A stretch of 64,000 nt of DNA, taken from the NCBI RefSeq assembly GCF_009914755.1, contig NC_060932.1. The stretch is one strand, 5' to 3'. Source of the stretch: the human T2T-CHM13v2.0 reference genome, Homo sapiens. Under the pieces are notes generated by a model that was given only the letters and a program-made list of their open reading frames with translations, did not search any database and was not told where the DNA came from. A program made the position numbers and the translations under genes. Positions 1-13,085 of the stretch are shown here, piece after piece. Every line of letters starts with the position of its first letter. Position 1 is the first letter of the stretch.

Positions 1-310
1 TTCTTTTTTTTTTTTTTTTTTTTGAGACAGAGTCTCTCTCTGTCACCCCGACTAGAGGGCAGTAGTGCTATCTCAGACACTGCAACCTCCGCCTCCCAGG
101 TTCAAGCGATTCTCGTGCCTCAGCCTCCTGAGTAGCTGGGATTACAGATGCGTGTCATCACACCTGGCTAAGTTTTGTATTTTTATCATGGTAGAGACAG
201 AGTTTCACCAAGTTGGCCAGGGTGGTCTCGAACTCCTGGCCTCATGTGATCCATCTGCCTTGCCCTCCTAAAGTGCTGGGATTACAGGCATGAGCTACCA
301 AACCCGGTCC
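1..310 (-). mobile_element. Alu (AluS-like), antisense, poly(A) tail at window start
   Basis: Poly(T) then gagacagagtctc...ctcctgagtagctgggattacag...aaagtgctgggattacaggcatgagc; ORF 65-271 is Alu-derived. Confidence 0.97.
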
Positions 311-383
311 AAACCTGGATTCTTCATGTTTAAAGTACTTGAAAAGGAATGTGTATCCCTGCCTATTTTGGTTCTCATATATA

Positions 384-1345
384 TTTTTTAATATAACAGC
401 TTTATCGAGATAGAATTTACACATCATACAATTTACCCATTAAAGCTAAGCAATTTAATATCTTTTGGTATATTCACAGAGTTTTGCTTTTATTGCCACA
501 ATTTTAAAATATTTTCATCACCCTAAAAAGAAATACTGAACCCGTTAGCAGTCATTCCTTCTTTCTCACTCTCACCCCATTCCCCTTCCCCTTCTCCCAG
601 TCCTAAACAACTACTAATTTACTTTCTGTCTCTATGGATTTGCTTATTCTGGATATCTTAGATAAATTATATCATACATATCATACATTATATAGTCTTC
701 TCTTTCTGTTTTTTCCCCTTAACATAATGTTTTCAAGATTTATACGTGTCATAAAATATATTAGTACCTAATTTCTTAATTTCCAAATAATATTCCATTG
801 AATGGATATACCATACTTTACTCATGCATTCATCAATGGAGGGACATTTGGGTTGTCTGTACATTTTGGCTAGTATGAATAATGCTTCTGTGAACACTCA
901 TGTACAAGTTTTTACATGGACATTGTTTTCATTTCTCTTGGGTATATACTTAGAAATAGAATGATTGGTTCACCTGGTAACTCTTGTGTTTAACTTTTTG
1001 AGGAACTTCCAATCTATTTTATAAAGTGGCTGTCCCATTCTACATTCCCACCTACAGTGTTTGGGTGTTTCTGTTTCTCCACATCCTTGTCATCACTTAT
1101 TATTATCTGCTTTGGGTTACAGTCATCCTAGTGGGTCTGTGTACAATCTCACTGTGGTTTTGATATTTACTTCCCTGGTGATTAATGATGTGGAGCATTT
1201 TTCCTATGCTTATCGGCAATTTTTTTGAAGAAATGCTATTCATATTTTTTGCTCATATTTTACTTGGGTTATTGTATTTCATTATGGAATTATAAAAGTT
1301 CTTCATATCTTTTAGATGCAGGCCCTTATCAGATATATGATTTCA
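384..1345 (-). mobile_element. L1M (L1MB-like) 3' end
   Basis: cagctttatcgagatagaatttacacatcatacaatttaccc... and tattccattgaatggatataccatac...cattcccacctacagtg match the reverse complement of a mammalian L1 3' end. Confidence 0.88.
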
Positions 1346-1539
1346 TAGAAGTTTTTTGGGATGAAGATTTAAAAGGTCAAATATGATTCCTGTGAATGGA
1401 GAGAGAAATTAATGAGAGATAAAAATATTAATTTTCTTCTCAATGAAACACAGGGTAGCAGTGGGCATTAGTACGACAATTCAACACCAAATCTACCTAT
1501 TATATATGCAGGATATTTAATTGAGATTTTTGCTTGAAA

Positions 1540-1980
1540 TTTGTTGAGAAGGAAGCCAGTGCAGAGTTCTGAAGGAAAGAGAGTTTCCATAAAGAATAGA
1601 TAGCTGAATATTGAAGAGTTCACACAGGACTGGAACTAAATATAAGTTATTCAACCTGTGAACAATGATCTTAATTATTGGTGACACAGTTTCTCAGGAA
1701 TGATGGAACAATAAGCAAAATGCACTCATCTTATACGTGTGAGAGAGGAATGGAAATGAAGATGGAGAAGACTTGCCTCCATTAAGCTGGAATGCGATGA
1801 GTAGGAGAGAGGAGGCTGGTGAGGAGATGGAATTAGGGTCAAGGAAGCAGAGGGTCAAATCTTTGAAAGATTTGAGCATGTTTGAAGGAATGGAAGGAAA
1901 GTGTGTGGGGAGGGACCAATCAATTGAACATAAAAGAGAAGGGTAGGGCAGAATCTCAGTGAGGTAGGCAGGGAAGAATA
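1540..1980 (-). mobile_element. L2 ORF2 fragment, highly decayed
   Basis: Minus strand reads ...ccttgaccctaattccatctcc...gaaactgtgtcaccaat...gaaactctctttcc, colinear with L2 RT-region consensus; accounts for ORF 1694-2068. Confidence 0.55.
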
Positions 1981-2569
1981 CAGAACTCACAGGGAGCTGT
2001 ATAATAATGGCCATTGGGTCACCTCTTAGAGTTCCTGAACCTTGCTCAGATGTGGGATCTAAACACACAGGTTATACCTTTACTGTTCATGTGGGCCTGT
2101 TGACCTCAATGAGGTTTCTAATCTTCATTAAATTCCCTCTTCTAATATATTTATCTAAATTTTCTATCTAATCATCAGGGTTGGGTCAATTCATTCATGA
2201 AGAAATGTTCCTTATTATGGAATACTCTGTATTGCTGAGTTATTTTTGCAGTGACATTCTGAAGTTTGAGGCAAGCTTTTAATTCAAAAATTCTCCTGAT
2301 ATCCCTTATAATTCAGTATTTTAGTGGCTTAAATATACCTCCAGTCATACTACAATTCCAGGTGGCATATAAAAGTGGGAAATGGTTACAAACATTAATC
2401 ACTTAGCCGAAGCAAATTTAATTAAACAATAGTCTAAACATTTCTTTCTAAATTATGAGCATCCATCAGATGATATTCCTTTTGTTTCTGTGGTTTATAT
2501 ATGAAGCTTTCTTATTGATGCGATTTCACTATCTGTAGATTAAATGTATGGAAATCAGACTTTTAACTC

Positions 2570-2735
2570 AGCAGAAATCAGGAGACCCAGCTTTAAGTCC
2601 TGGCTCTGCAGCTAACTAGCTCTGTGTCCTTGGTCAAGTCACATTCTTTCTGAATACTTTGCTTCTTCATTGTGAAATCACAAGATCAAAATGTTAAGTG
2701 TATAGTCCTTTCCAGCTTTGTTATTTTGTGAATCT
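2570..2735 (+). mobile_element. MIR
   Basis: aatcaggagacccagctttaagtcctggctctgcagctaactagctctgtgtccttggtcaagtcac (MIR core). Confidence 0.8.
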
Positions 2736-3204
2736 TTCTGTTAGTTTGGAGTTGAACTTTCTCTCATTGTTTACTAACCCAGATCCCCAAGTGAAAAAAA
2801 AAATGCAGCATCCTGATTTAAAGGTATAATGTTCCATAATGTCTTATGTTCTCATGGCTGATTTCTTCAGCTGACCACAAGTCTTCAAAAGAGAAATCGT
2901 GGTGTTTCCTTCCTGTCCATGGATTCCTTCACATATAACTAACATTGATCTAGAGCTGCTTGTGGAGCTGTCCCAGTCACAGGCCTTCTGAACAGCATTT
3001 TTGCGCTTGTTAGGACCTAGGCTTCCTGCTTGGTGTGGACCCTGATTATGATTACTACACTCAACCCCACAGCCCAGCTCTGCTAGAGGGTCCCGGCAAT
3101 CCGGTATTTTCTTTTCTAAAGTCTCCTATCCAGGTCTGAGAACTATAGGTTTTTTTTTTTTTTTTTTTTTTTTTTAAGGAGAGAGAGAAGTTAGGGGGAC
3201 AGGG

Positions 3205-3415
3205 GGCTATATACTAGGCACTGTGTTAGGTGATCTGTAATATAATTCCAATAAATGTTTATACCTTTTCTGGCTCTGGCAGCTGGGTAATCACAACATT
3301 ATATATGGGAAAACTAAGGCTAATGCAGGTGAAATAATTTACCCAAGTAAGCGGAGGGAAATGGTCTGAACCTCTGACAGCTAACATCCAAAGTGTTGGC
3401 CCTTAGCTACTCTGA
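3205..3415 (-). mobile_element. MIR
   Basis: ctaggcactgtgttagg...atgggaaaactaaggc...aataatttacccaag. Confidence 0.6.
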
Positions 3416-4344
3416 TTTTGTGCATCTATAGTAACTTTGGGTGGAAGAGTACTTTTTCTTTTTTTTTTGTAACCCTGTGTGCCTGGAAAGGTAGGAAGGA
3501 AGTGGGGAGACTTGAAGAATATGAGAAAGGAAAGATTGGTAACCATATCTTTGGAGAGCACATTCATTTCATTTCAGGGTATCTATTCTAATGGAAATCA
3601 TATTTTCCCATTGTTAATAATAAATGATCATGAAGGCAGTTGTTATTCTTTGAGTTGCTTGTATAATGATGCAAGAACACTGTTAATCAGTATTTTAATT
3701 AGGTTTATAGCATTAAAGTTGTTTTTATATTTCTCTATGTAAAGTTTCCATGAGTTTCACATAGTTAACATCATTGGTTTCTGGATATCTAATTCATTTT
3801 CAGCACTGATAATAGGCCATGTTGTATTAGTTTGGAAATGTATTATCTATGATATGTATTATATCCTCTTGGCAGCTACAGCATTGTGTTAAAATGAAGC
3901 ATCGCCTGTAAGCCAGATGTGTGCCCTTGTCATTGCCTCATTTGAAATACTGCATTATGAAGAAATTGATGCAATGCTCACAAATCTATAAGGATTATTT
4001 TGCATGTGTTTGATTAAAATGTAGGGAGCAAACCATTACTTTACAATACAGAGGTTAGAAGTTCAGCATGTAGTGAGTGTACACTTTTGCCCAAAAGATA
4101 AAAAGATGATCAAGACTGAAACTCCAGCTTCACATAGCTCACAGTCTGGTGAAAGAGATAGATATAAGACTGGGCTTTCAAAACCATACCATAGGAATTA
4201 ACTTCATTGACTTTATTCTATTTACATACAGGGTCTGAAGCCATACATCGTAAGCCAAGTCAGTGCAGCCTTTAATCAAAATCATTTTATCATGTAGCAC
4301 TTAGGATTAAAAAAATCACCACAAAATTATAGAATGAGAAAAAC

Positions 4345-4620
4345 TTGGCATAATAGCAACTCCTCAGGAAAAGACCTAGGGATTTTATTTGTTCATAAAG
4401 TTAATATACACCTAAAGTGTGGTGAGCCTCTATACCTATTACAAAAGGTAGAATGAATAGAAGTCTGGGGCAAGAACAAATGGGCAAGGGGGAAGACTTC
4501 ATCTGTGTGCTATAGTAGTTAGATCACATGTAGAGTAGGGGGCTCATTTCTAACCACTACTTTACAGAGAAGACTGACAAAATGATGCTTGTCTATAAAA
4601 AGTAAATAAAAATAGAACTG
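4345..4620 (+). mobile_element. L3/CR1 reverse transcriptase C-terminal fragment
   Basis: Translates to SNSSGKDLGILFVHKVN and LCAIVVRSHVE*GAHF, matching CR1 motifs EKDLGVLVDHKLN and LYSALVRPHLEYCVQFW. Confidence 0.75.
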
Positions 4621-4714
4621 CATCTCATAAGGATGTTTGAGTTTAAAAATGTTAGTTAACTTTAAGACCAATTGGAGTCTGTGATGATGATGGTATCATT
4701 AAGGACAATGTTTA

Positions 4715-4875
4715 CTTCATTATCTCATTTAATGTTCTGACAATCCAGTGAAATAGGCGTGCTTATGATCACCCATTCACAGATAATGACATGCACACAA
4801 AGAAGTCACTGCACTTCCTGAGATCACATGACTCGGGACAGCTCAAGCCCATGTTCTTAATGACAGTGCTGTGCT
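4715..4875 (-). mobile_element. MIR
   Basis: cattatctcatttaatg...cccattcacagataatg...gagatcacatga. Confidence 0.7.
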
Positions 4876-5184
4876 ACATCAAACATAAGCAGTTGCCCGT
4901 CCTTGACAGTGTTATCCTAGGCCTTCAACACTGTGTGAGGAAGGAAAGTGACTTCATAGCTTCATCGAGTATAAGGATACAGAACTAGTCATTGGCTAAA
5001 TTTGGCAGATGCTGAAAAAATGGCAGGAGGAGCTATCTTAGGTATATTTCGAAATCAGGGGAAGCTCTTATCTTTGGTGTGCTCCTTTTATTTTCTTTTC
5101 TCTATAGAGATGGAAATTTCCAGTTATCTAGGTACTAAGCATTGTCAAAAGCATTCATTGCTGTCTTACTGTCTTAAAATTCTT

Positions 5185-5499
<315 letters not shown>

Positions 5500-5964
5500 T
5501 AAAATAATATTAAAGAGCATTTTGTTATTTCTTATACTAGTTCCAGTCTAGACTCTTGCTTTTTCTTCTTCTTAAGGGACAGAAATAGAAGGTTTCATTC
5601 AGAACTCAAAGTGAACATCCTAGGGCAGGACTGTGCAACTCCTTCAAAGAAGAATGATTCCTGAAAGCTTTTATTACTTTCCCTGGAACAGCAGTTGTCT
5701 GTGACAATTACCTAATTTGAGGCAAATGAATGACAATTCCTTTCCATTCTTCAAAAGCAACATTGCAAAAGAAAGCTGGAGGGAAGTCTAGAGAGAAAAT
5801 TCTTATTGATATTTTACAAATATAATATGTTTCATTTGTTACAATTCATATAAACTGCCTTCTTGTAAAGATGCACCCAGATCTTAGTTGAGCTTACGTA
5901 AATTTTTTAAAAGTCACCATTTCCTATAATATAACTTATATAATGCTATATTATGCAATTGTAA

Positions 5965-6150
5965 CTAACATGTGTTGAACACTCAGTATGTGACAGGCAG
6001 TGTTCCAAGTACTTTACACCCCACCAACCTGGGGAGTTAACAATGACAAATATTCTCTCTTTATAGACATAATAAATGCACAGAATGAGTAACCGTCCAA
6101 GGTCACGCAGGTAGTGAGTGTCTAAAATGTGACTTGAAACTGAACATTCT
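5965..6150 (-). mobile_element. MIR
   Basis: tgttgaacactcagtatgtgacaggcagtgttcc...taaccgtccaaggtcacgcaggtagtgag. Confidence 0.75.
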
Positions 6151-6261
6151 TTTTCCAGGTTCCAGGTTATGTGTACACACATAATCAGGTTTCTAGATGG
6201 CCTTTTGTTATCCAATTTGTTATGCATGAAAGAAGCAAAATTGTTCATTATGTGGGGAGTC

Positions 6262-6687
6262 TGTGAGGCAGTCACTGCACATTGGCTCACTTGATATCCA
6301 CCCTGCTCCCATTCTAAAATGTCTTCCTGCACTCTAAAGGCTGGAAACTAGAAAGCCACATTTTTAAGAGTCCTTTACTGCTAGACTTCTACCTGTGCTC
6401 TAGGTTCTGCCAAGCAGATTCAGACGTCTAAGCCTTGGAATGTGTGAAAATGAGGTACGGGCATGGCAGCAAAGACATGTGATGGGTACTTTTGTGCATG
6501 CTGGTCTGGTCTTTGGCATTATAGCTGTTGAGCAGTGGGCAGCAGCAGCAGCAGCAAGGTTTCCTCTAGAACACTCTTAGGGTATGGTTGGAAGCTTCTG
6601 TAACTGTCTACTATCCCGTAATAAAATTCTTGCTACTTAAGCTAGCTAGATTACATTCTCTGCAAACAAGATCCCTAGTGGATGCAG
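6262..6687 (+). mobile_element. LTR33-like ERVL LTR
   Basis: ggctggaaactagaaagccacatttt...taggttctgccaagcagat; 3' end aataaaattcttgctacttaagctagctagattacattctctgcaaacaagatccctagtggatgca. Confidence 0.7.
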
Positions 6688-7229
6688 AGGGCTTCAAGCC
6701 TATAAAGGGATATTGGTTCAGGAGGGTCTCTGACCTTTGGTGCCCATCCAGTGCTGGAAAATTGAACTAGAAGGCTCATTTTAAGTTTAAAATTTTTCTG
6801 ATTTTTAAGACAGAAGACTCTGAATAGGGTAGAGAGGAGATCCTTCATGCATTTGCTTAAGCAAGTTTTTCTATAGAAATTATCTCCTCCCTCCTGAGTT
6901 AGCCATATGACAAAAAGCATTGCATTTCTGGGAGAAAATGTGCCTCTTGTACTGCCTTGAAGAATAACTAAACCAAAATAATTAAGGAGAGCCCAAATGA
7001 ACATTGCCTGTTATGTGAATCCAATCAATTCTGGAAAAGCAATAATGGAATGGGGAGTTCTCTGATCTCTCTTGTCTTTGTTTTTCTTCTCCTGCCCTCC
7101 TCCAACCCCTAAGTCAAGGGGAAAATGGGAAGGGCACTGGACCTTGAAGGTGGATATGGTGATGTGGGAAGCCTCCCTGGAAGGGAACAGTCATTGAGAA
7201 GGGCAGGATGTTTTGGAAACAGGAGTCTG

Positions 7230-7620
7230 CAAGTTTCTCTGGTGTAAAGGGAAGTGTGGAGAAGCAGGGGAAAATAAGCATGGGGACAGGAGCTAAGAAA
7301 GAGCTAAGGAGATAGTCTTCCATCATGTGGATAGGCTGATGATTTTTTAGCAGACTTTTAAAAAAGGCTTTTTTAAGAAGATTAATATGAAATCAGTAAG
7401 TTAGATGATTGGAGGTGGGAATGAAACAGCAGGAGAAATAGTGATGAAGCTGCTTCAGTAAGCCAGCAATGGCAAATAAACACCTGAAATAAAAAACTGG
7501 AAACAGAAAGGACAAGAGTTAGCAAAGATGTACTGGCCTAACTTAAGAAATTGTTATGTAAGCTGGGTACAAAAAAAGAGTTTTTAAAAAATGAGAGTGA
7601 GCATTAGTGCCATGCCTCTT
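7230..7620 (-). mobile_element. L2 fragment
   Basis: Purine-rich cagcaggagaaatagtgatgaagctgcttcagtaagccag resembles antisense L2. Confidence 0.45.
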
Positions 7621-8726
7621 ACATATAAATAAGAATACAGACATGTTAAACTATAGAACTTGAAGATTAATTATCCTTGAAGCATAATTCCAAATACAAT
7701 GTTGGAAAAAGATTGCAAATATCAGGGAATGCAGGTTTGCACAGACCAGTCATTCTTTTTAGTTGTTTGTTAGTGGAAAAATTATTTATTTCACAATTGA
7801 AATAACTAGCACCAAATATCTAAAAGCTGGTGGGTTTACCACAGAAACTCTCTCTCTCTCCATCTAGACACAATTATGTTTTCCAGGTTGCACTAGGAGA
7901 AACCTCATGCTACGTTCTCATGGGTCTGAAAAAAGGAGGTCATTCTTTTGAGATTGTTGGGTGTTTCTCTGAGGTTCTTTATCCAGTTGTTACTTCTGTT
8001 TTTATTTTGCTTATAAATCTTTATAAAAGTGACATTGGAATACTTACCTTTTAATGGAAAACTGCAAGGGTCACGGCAGAGCTCAAGATTACTTTTTCTT
8101 TTCCCACATGGAAAATTTTAAAAATACAAAAAGTATTTTAAGTCTAGGGTTGCATCTCTCATAGTATTTAATTTCAAATAGATCATTGGAGGACACATGG
8201 TATAGACCAGTCATACAAGTGCATTCGATTTTCCAGGTAATAAAAGTACCCAGAAGGTGTTCATTATGCTCCAACTCTTGAGTAGTATGCATCACATCAG
8301 TACTAAGCTGGTGACTTAAAGGACTCTAAATCTGTTTACAGTAACAACTTATTTTTCTCAAGGTAATTTATTTTGCACTTTTAGCCATCCTAGGACACAT
8401 TAAGGACCAGGAACCAAGTTTAAAATTCTCTTACAGCCTAAAATAGTTATAGCAATGTCTACTGTATAAAGCTCATATGCTTTCCAGGGGTAAATCCCTT
8501 GGGGAAATATTACTTTTATTGTAGAACCAATATTAGAAAGATTGTGGCTTTCCAGGCCATAACAAATTAGAAGCAAGAAATTGCAAAGGGAAGGAAAAGG
8601 TGACAGTGACAAATACAGTGAGTGCATCAAGAAGTAAAAGCTAGGTGTTTCACTTTAAGAGGATGAAGAGAAACAGAATCCTTATTTCCCTAGACTTGGA
8701 AAAATTATTTGAAGACCTAGTTGTAA

Positions 8727-9187
<461 letters not shown>

Positions 9188-10249
9188 TTTCAGTTCTTTA
9201 AGTTGAGCTTCAATAGCACAGGACCTAAGAAATTCTACCATTTTACTATCTTGCACCTTGAAGCTCGTATGTTCCTGCTTTGATGGCTTAGGCCAATAAG
9301 CTAGGCTGGAAAGCTGATAGTATAAAATTATTTGGGCTTCAGTAGATGTCCTCTGTGCTCAAAGAGATCTTTCTGTTCTCTCCCACTTTAGGGTAGTTTC
9401 TTCCAGGGATAGCCTCAAAACTTAGGTGTCTGAGAATTACATAATGACCTCTAAAATCAGAGCCATGGGAACTGAGTATTCAGTTTAGACCCCTTCTTTA
9501 CCCTCATCCTTCTAATAAGAAGAATCATAGCACTCTAGAGCTTTTAGTAAGATAAATATCTTTCCAAACCTCAAAAACTCCTGAGAACAATACTGTATTA
9601 TAACCCAGAGTAATAATTAATTTTTGTAATGATGACATTGAGTCATTATGAAAAGGTTAAGTCATCCAACATAAAGTTTAATCAAGCAATGCCTGCTACA
9701 TGCAAAAAAGCAAGGAAGAATTGCATACATTTTGAAAAACTGCCCATGAAAATGTTTTAACTTTATAAGGAAAGATAACTTTAGGCTATTTGGTAAGTTA
9801 AATTCTGTGAAACGCCCATGTGCTGTCAGTGCTGGTTAAATGAGGCATGTCTGTATTTGACTGTGTTTTCTCATAAGACAATAAGTTATTAATTAATAAA
9901 CATGAATACTATATCCCTACCATGCCTATGAGGCCTGTGTCTATAGAGCCTAAATTAGTTTATACTTAACACTTTAAAATCCTTTTTCAGTAATTCATGG
10001 AATAATCCATATGCTTGGAAGACTTGTGAGAAGCTGATCATACCCATTTTCCCAGTTAGTTTTTAAAGTAGAGATCTGACCTAAAGAACTGAGCTTACCT
10101 CCCAAAGAGAAGTATAAATTCAACCTCAATAAAACTGATATTTCATATTTGATGATGTATGCCTTCAGATATTAACTGGAAAGACAAATTTTTGGGGGTA
10201 TATATGGATTAGTTTCATTTGCTCTTGGATTTTAAATTTATCCATCATG

Positions 10250-10581
<332 letters not shown>

Positions 10582-10694
10582 TTAATTATAATTTTTACTT
10601 CAGCAGGATTGTTTAGTATTTTTATTTTTAATGTTATAATAAGTAATATACATTCATGTTTAAAAATCTATAATAAGAAAACTAAGGTTTTATA

Positions 10695-10830
10695 GATTTA
10701 TTTATTCCACAAATATTATTTGAATGTCTGCTTTGTGCCAGCCTAGGGACACTACTGGGACACCTTAATGGACAAAAAACATCAGCCTTTCTAGAGTCTG
10801 TCTCTTGGAGAGGAGGAGAAGGGGAGTGTA
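10695..10830 (-). mobile_element. L2 3' end
   Basis: tttattccacaaatattatttgaatgtctgctttgtgccagcc. Confidence 0.65.
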
Positions 10831-10834
10831 TGGA

Positions 10835-11090
10835 ATAATAGCTTACACTTATATAATGCTTTCTGTGTGCCAAGCACTGTTCTAAACACTTTCCATATAT
10901 TAATTCAGTTAGTTCCTCATAACACCTTTAAGAGATGCAAACTGTTATTATCGCCTACTTTATGCATAAGGAAACTGAGATACAGAGAGGTTAAGCAATT
11001 TTTCCAACGTCACACAGAAAGTATCAGAACAACGCTTCAAACCCAGGCAACTTGGCTTTAGTTGCAGGTGTTCATAAGTATTGCACATAC
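10835..11090 (-). mobile_element. MIR, near full length
   Basis: aataatagcttacacttatataatgc...aaggaaactgagatacagagaggttaagcaatttttccaacgtcacacag...ttcaaacccaggc. Confidence 0.9.
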
Positions 11091-11494
11091 AGTATCATTA
11101 CGTTACTATTCTGCAGAATTTTAAAAATCATAACAGTATGAGCAGAATAAACAATTCAGTAGAAAATTTTAGTTACTGAAAAACAGATGTTAATTTGGTA
11201 ATGGTAATAATAGTAAAATAATTTATAATTTCTATCCCAGAAAACCTAAATTCTTCTGTAAGTCAATATGTATAGATTACCCAAGTAGACTCACACATAA
11301 GACTCTCCAATATAGTTTGGTCTTAAGTGAATGATTCACTGGAAATTTTAATTTGCTCTTTGGAAGCCCCCCTCCCCCAGATACTCTCATTAGTAAACTA
11401 CCAACCCTGTGCCTGTAGGACTCAAGTTTTTGCACAAGAAGAGAAATTCAGTGTTATTAAATTAAAGGCAACATTTGCTTATGTTTGTCATTTA

Positions 11495-11725
11495 TCTTTT
11501 GTGGGGTTCGCCTTTAAAAAACATAGAAACTTAAATGATATGAAGTCTTCAAAATAATTGGAATTGGAGAAAGTGAGTGGAAGCAGAGATAAAACAAGAT
11601 TGACCGTGAGTTGATAATTATTAAAGATGTGTGATGACTTGATAATTATTGAATCATGAGGATTCATTAGGTTATCTGTCTATGCTTGTATTTGCCATTT
11701 TTTCACAACTAAAAGTTTTAGAAAG
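11495..11725 (+). mobile_element. L1MC/L1ME 3' terminal fragment
   Basis: gataaaacaagattgaccgtgagttgataattattaaag...gattcattagg...cacaactaaaagtttt. Confidence 0.6.
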
Positions 11726-12754
11726 ATACAGAAATTATATTTACAAAAAATACTTTAACATTTTGCTGTAGATCTAATTCAGCCAGGGTTAATATCCAAT
11801 GTGAAATTTTGGGCACGAGTTGCTAAGAATTTACGTTGATGGTATTATGCATGTGGTAGTATAAAAATAATAAATCATCTTTATTAAAATGATGCCTGTG
11901 TTCCATGACCATGACATACACTCCTTGACTTGAGTCATGAGGGAAAAATGTGTTCTTTCTTTAAAATATTTTTGAGTAATGAATGCTGAAATGTAACAAA
12001 TAAAGACACATGCTCCATTTAAAATGAGATTTCAAGTCTGTGTCCCTTTAGTTTTTTTATATACCACAACAAATGTTTTTTTCAAACCACAGTTTGATGT
12101 CCTATGAAGGATAAATTTATTTGTGCATTCTTTTGAGCTCTGCAAACTTAGAATTTTTTTTAAATCGTAGCATACAGATTTAAAATCTCTTTTTGTTGTT
12201 GTTGTTGTTAGTGTTTTTCCATACAGTATTTATTTATTTCTGATGGCTAAAGCCATTCTTTACATAAGAGAAACATTTAAAATATGGAAAATTTTAAAGA
12301 AAAAAAGGCATCTGCAGATCTGTAATCCAGAAGTACCAATCAAAACACTGAGGGCAGGGGCACCTTCACACCATACCCTGGCACTGCCCCAGAGAATTAG
12401 GGAGACACCAGCTGGGATTGTTATGTTCTGTCCTAAAGACCTCTCATCCTCAGCAAATAATTCCTTGCTCAAAGCATGACACAAAAGCATCATCAGAGCT
12501 GCAGGACGTTTGAAAGAACCAGGTGATGAGCATGAACCTATGTGCATCTGTGGTCAATCGCAGTTTGCTCTTGGTACTCTCTGCTGGCAAGTGAGACCTT
12601 AGGACTTACAAATAACCCAATGGATGTTCAACCCTTGTGGTGACTGACTGATTTTTCCCATTGCTTAGAAAGTTTCTTGTACATAGGAAATCCTCACCCC
12701 ACATATGTGTTTGCTTTGTGCAAAGGACCAAAGGATGGTCCTATTTACTCTAGT

Positions 12755-12975
12755 GGAGGACAATGGAAGAGGACTGCGTTTGAGAGGGAAGGATTCATGA
12801 GCTCAGTTTTGGAAACGTTGAATTTGAGCTGCCTTTAACACATCTAAGTAAAGATGTCAAGTAGGCAGTTGGAGAAGATAAAATTTAAGTTAGGTTGGTG
12901 AAGAGACAAGAGAATTTTTTTTCCAGGTGAGTTAGAGCATACACAAGGTCACAGAGGTAGAGACATGAGGGAATA
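12755..12975 (-). mobile_element. L2 fragment(s)
   Basis: atgagctcagttttggaaacgttgaatttgagctgcc...aaagatgtcaagtaggcagttgga is a characteristic antisense L2 segment. Confidence 0.75.
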
Positions 12976-13030
12976 TTATATTGACAACAAAATATAGTAA
13001 GGTAGTGCCAAGTATGGAAAACCTGTTGCT

Positions 13031-13085
13031 TATGATATGCAGTGATGATATTATTGCATATGATATGCAGTGATGATATTATTGC
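13031..13085. repeat. Tandem duplication, period 28
   Basis: tatgatatgcagtgatgatattattgc at 13031-13057 and 13059-13085, identical. Confidence 0.95.

Noticed and set aside
2360-2380. TATAAAAG box
   Set aside because: Isolated motif in AT-rich DNA with no other promoter evidence.
6540-6557. (CAG)5-6 run
   Set aside because: Short, inside LTR33, not in a supported reading frame.
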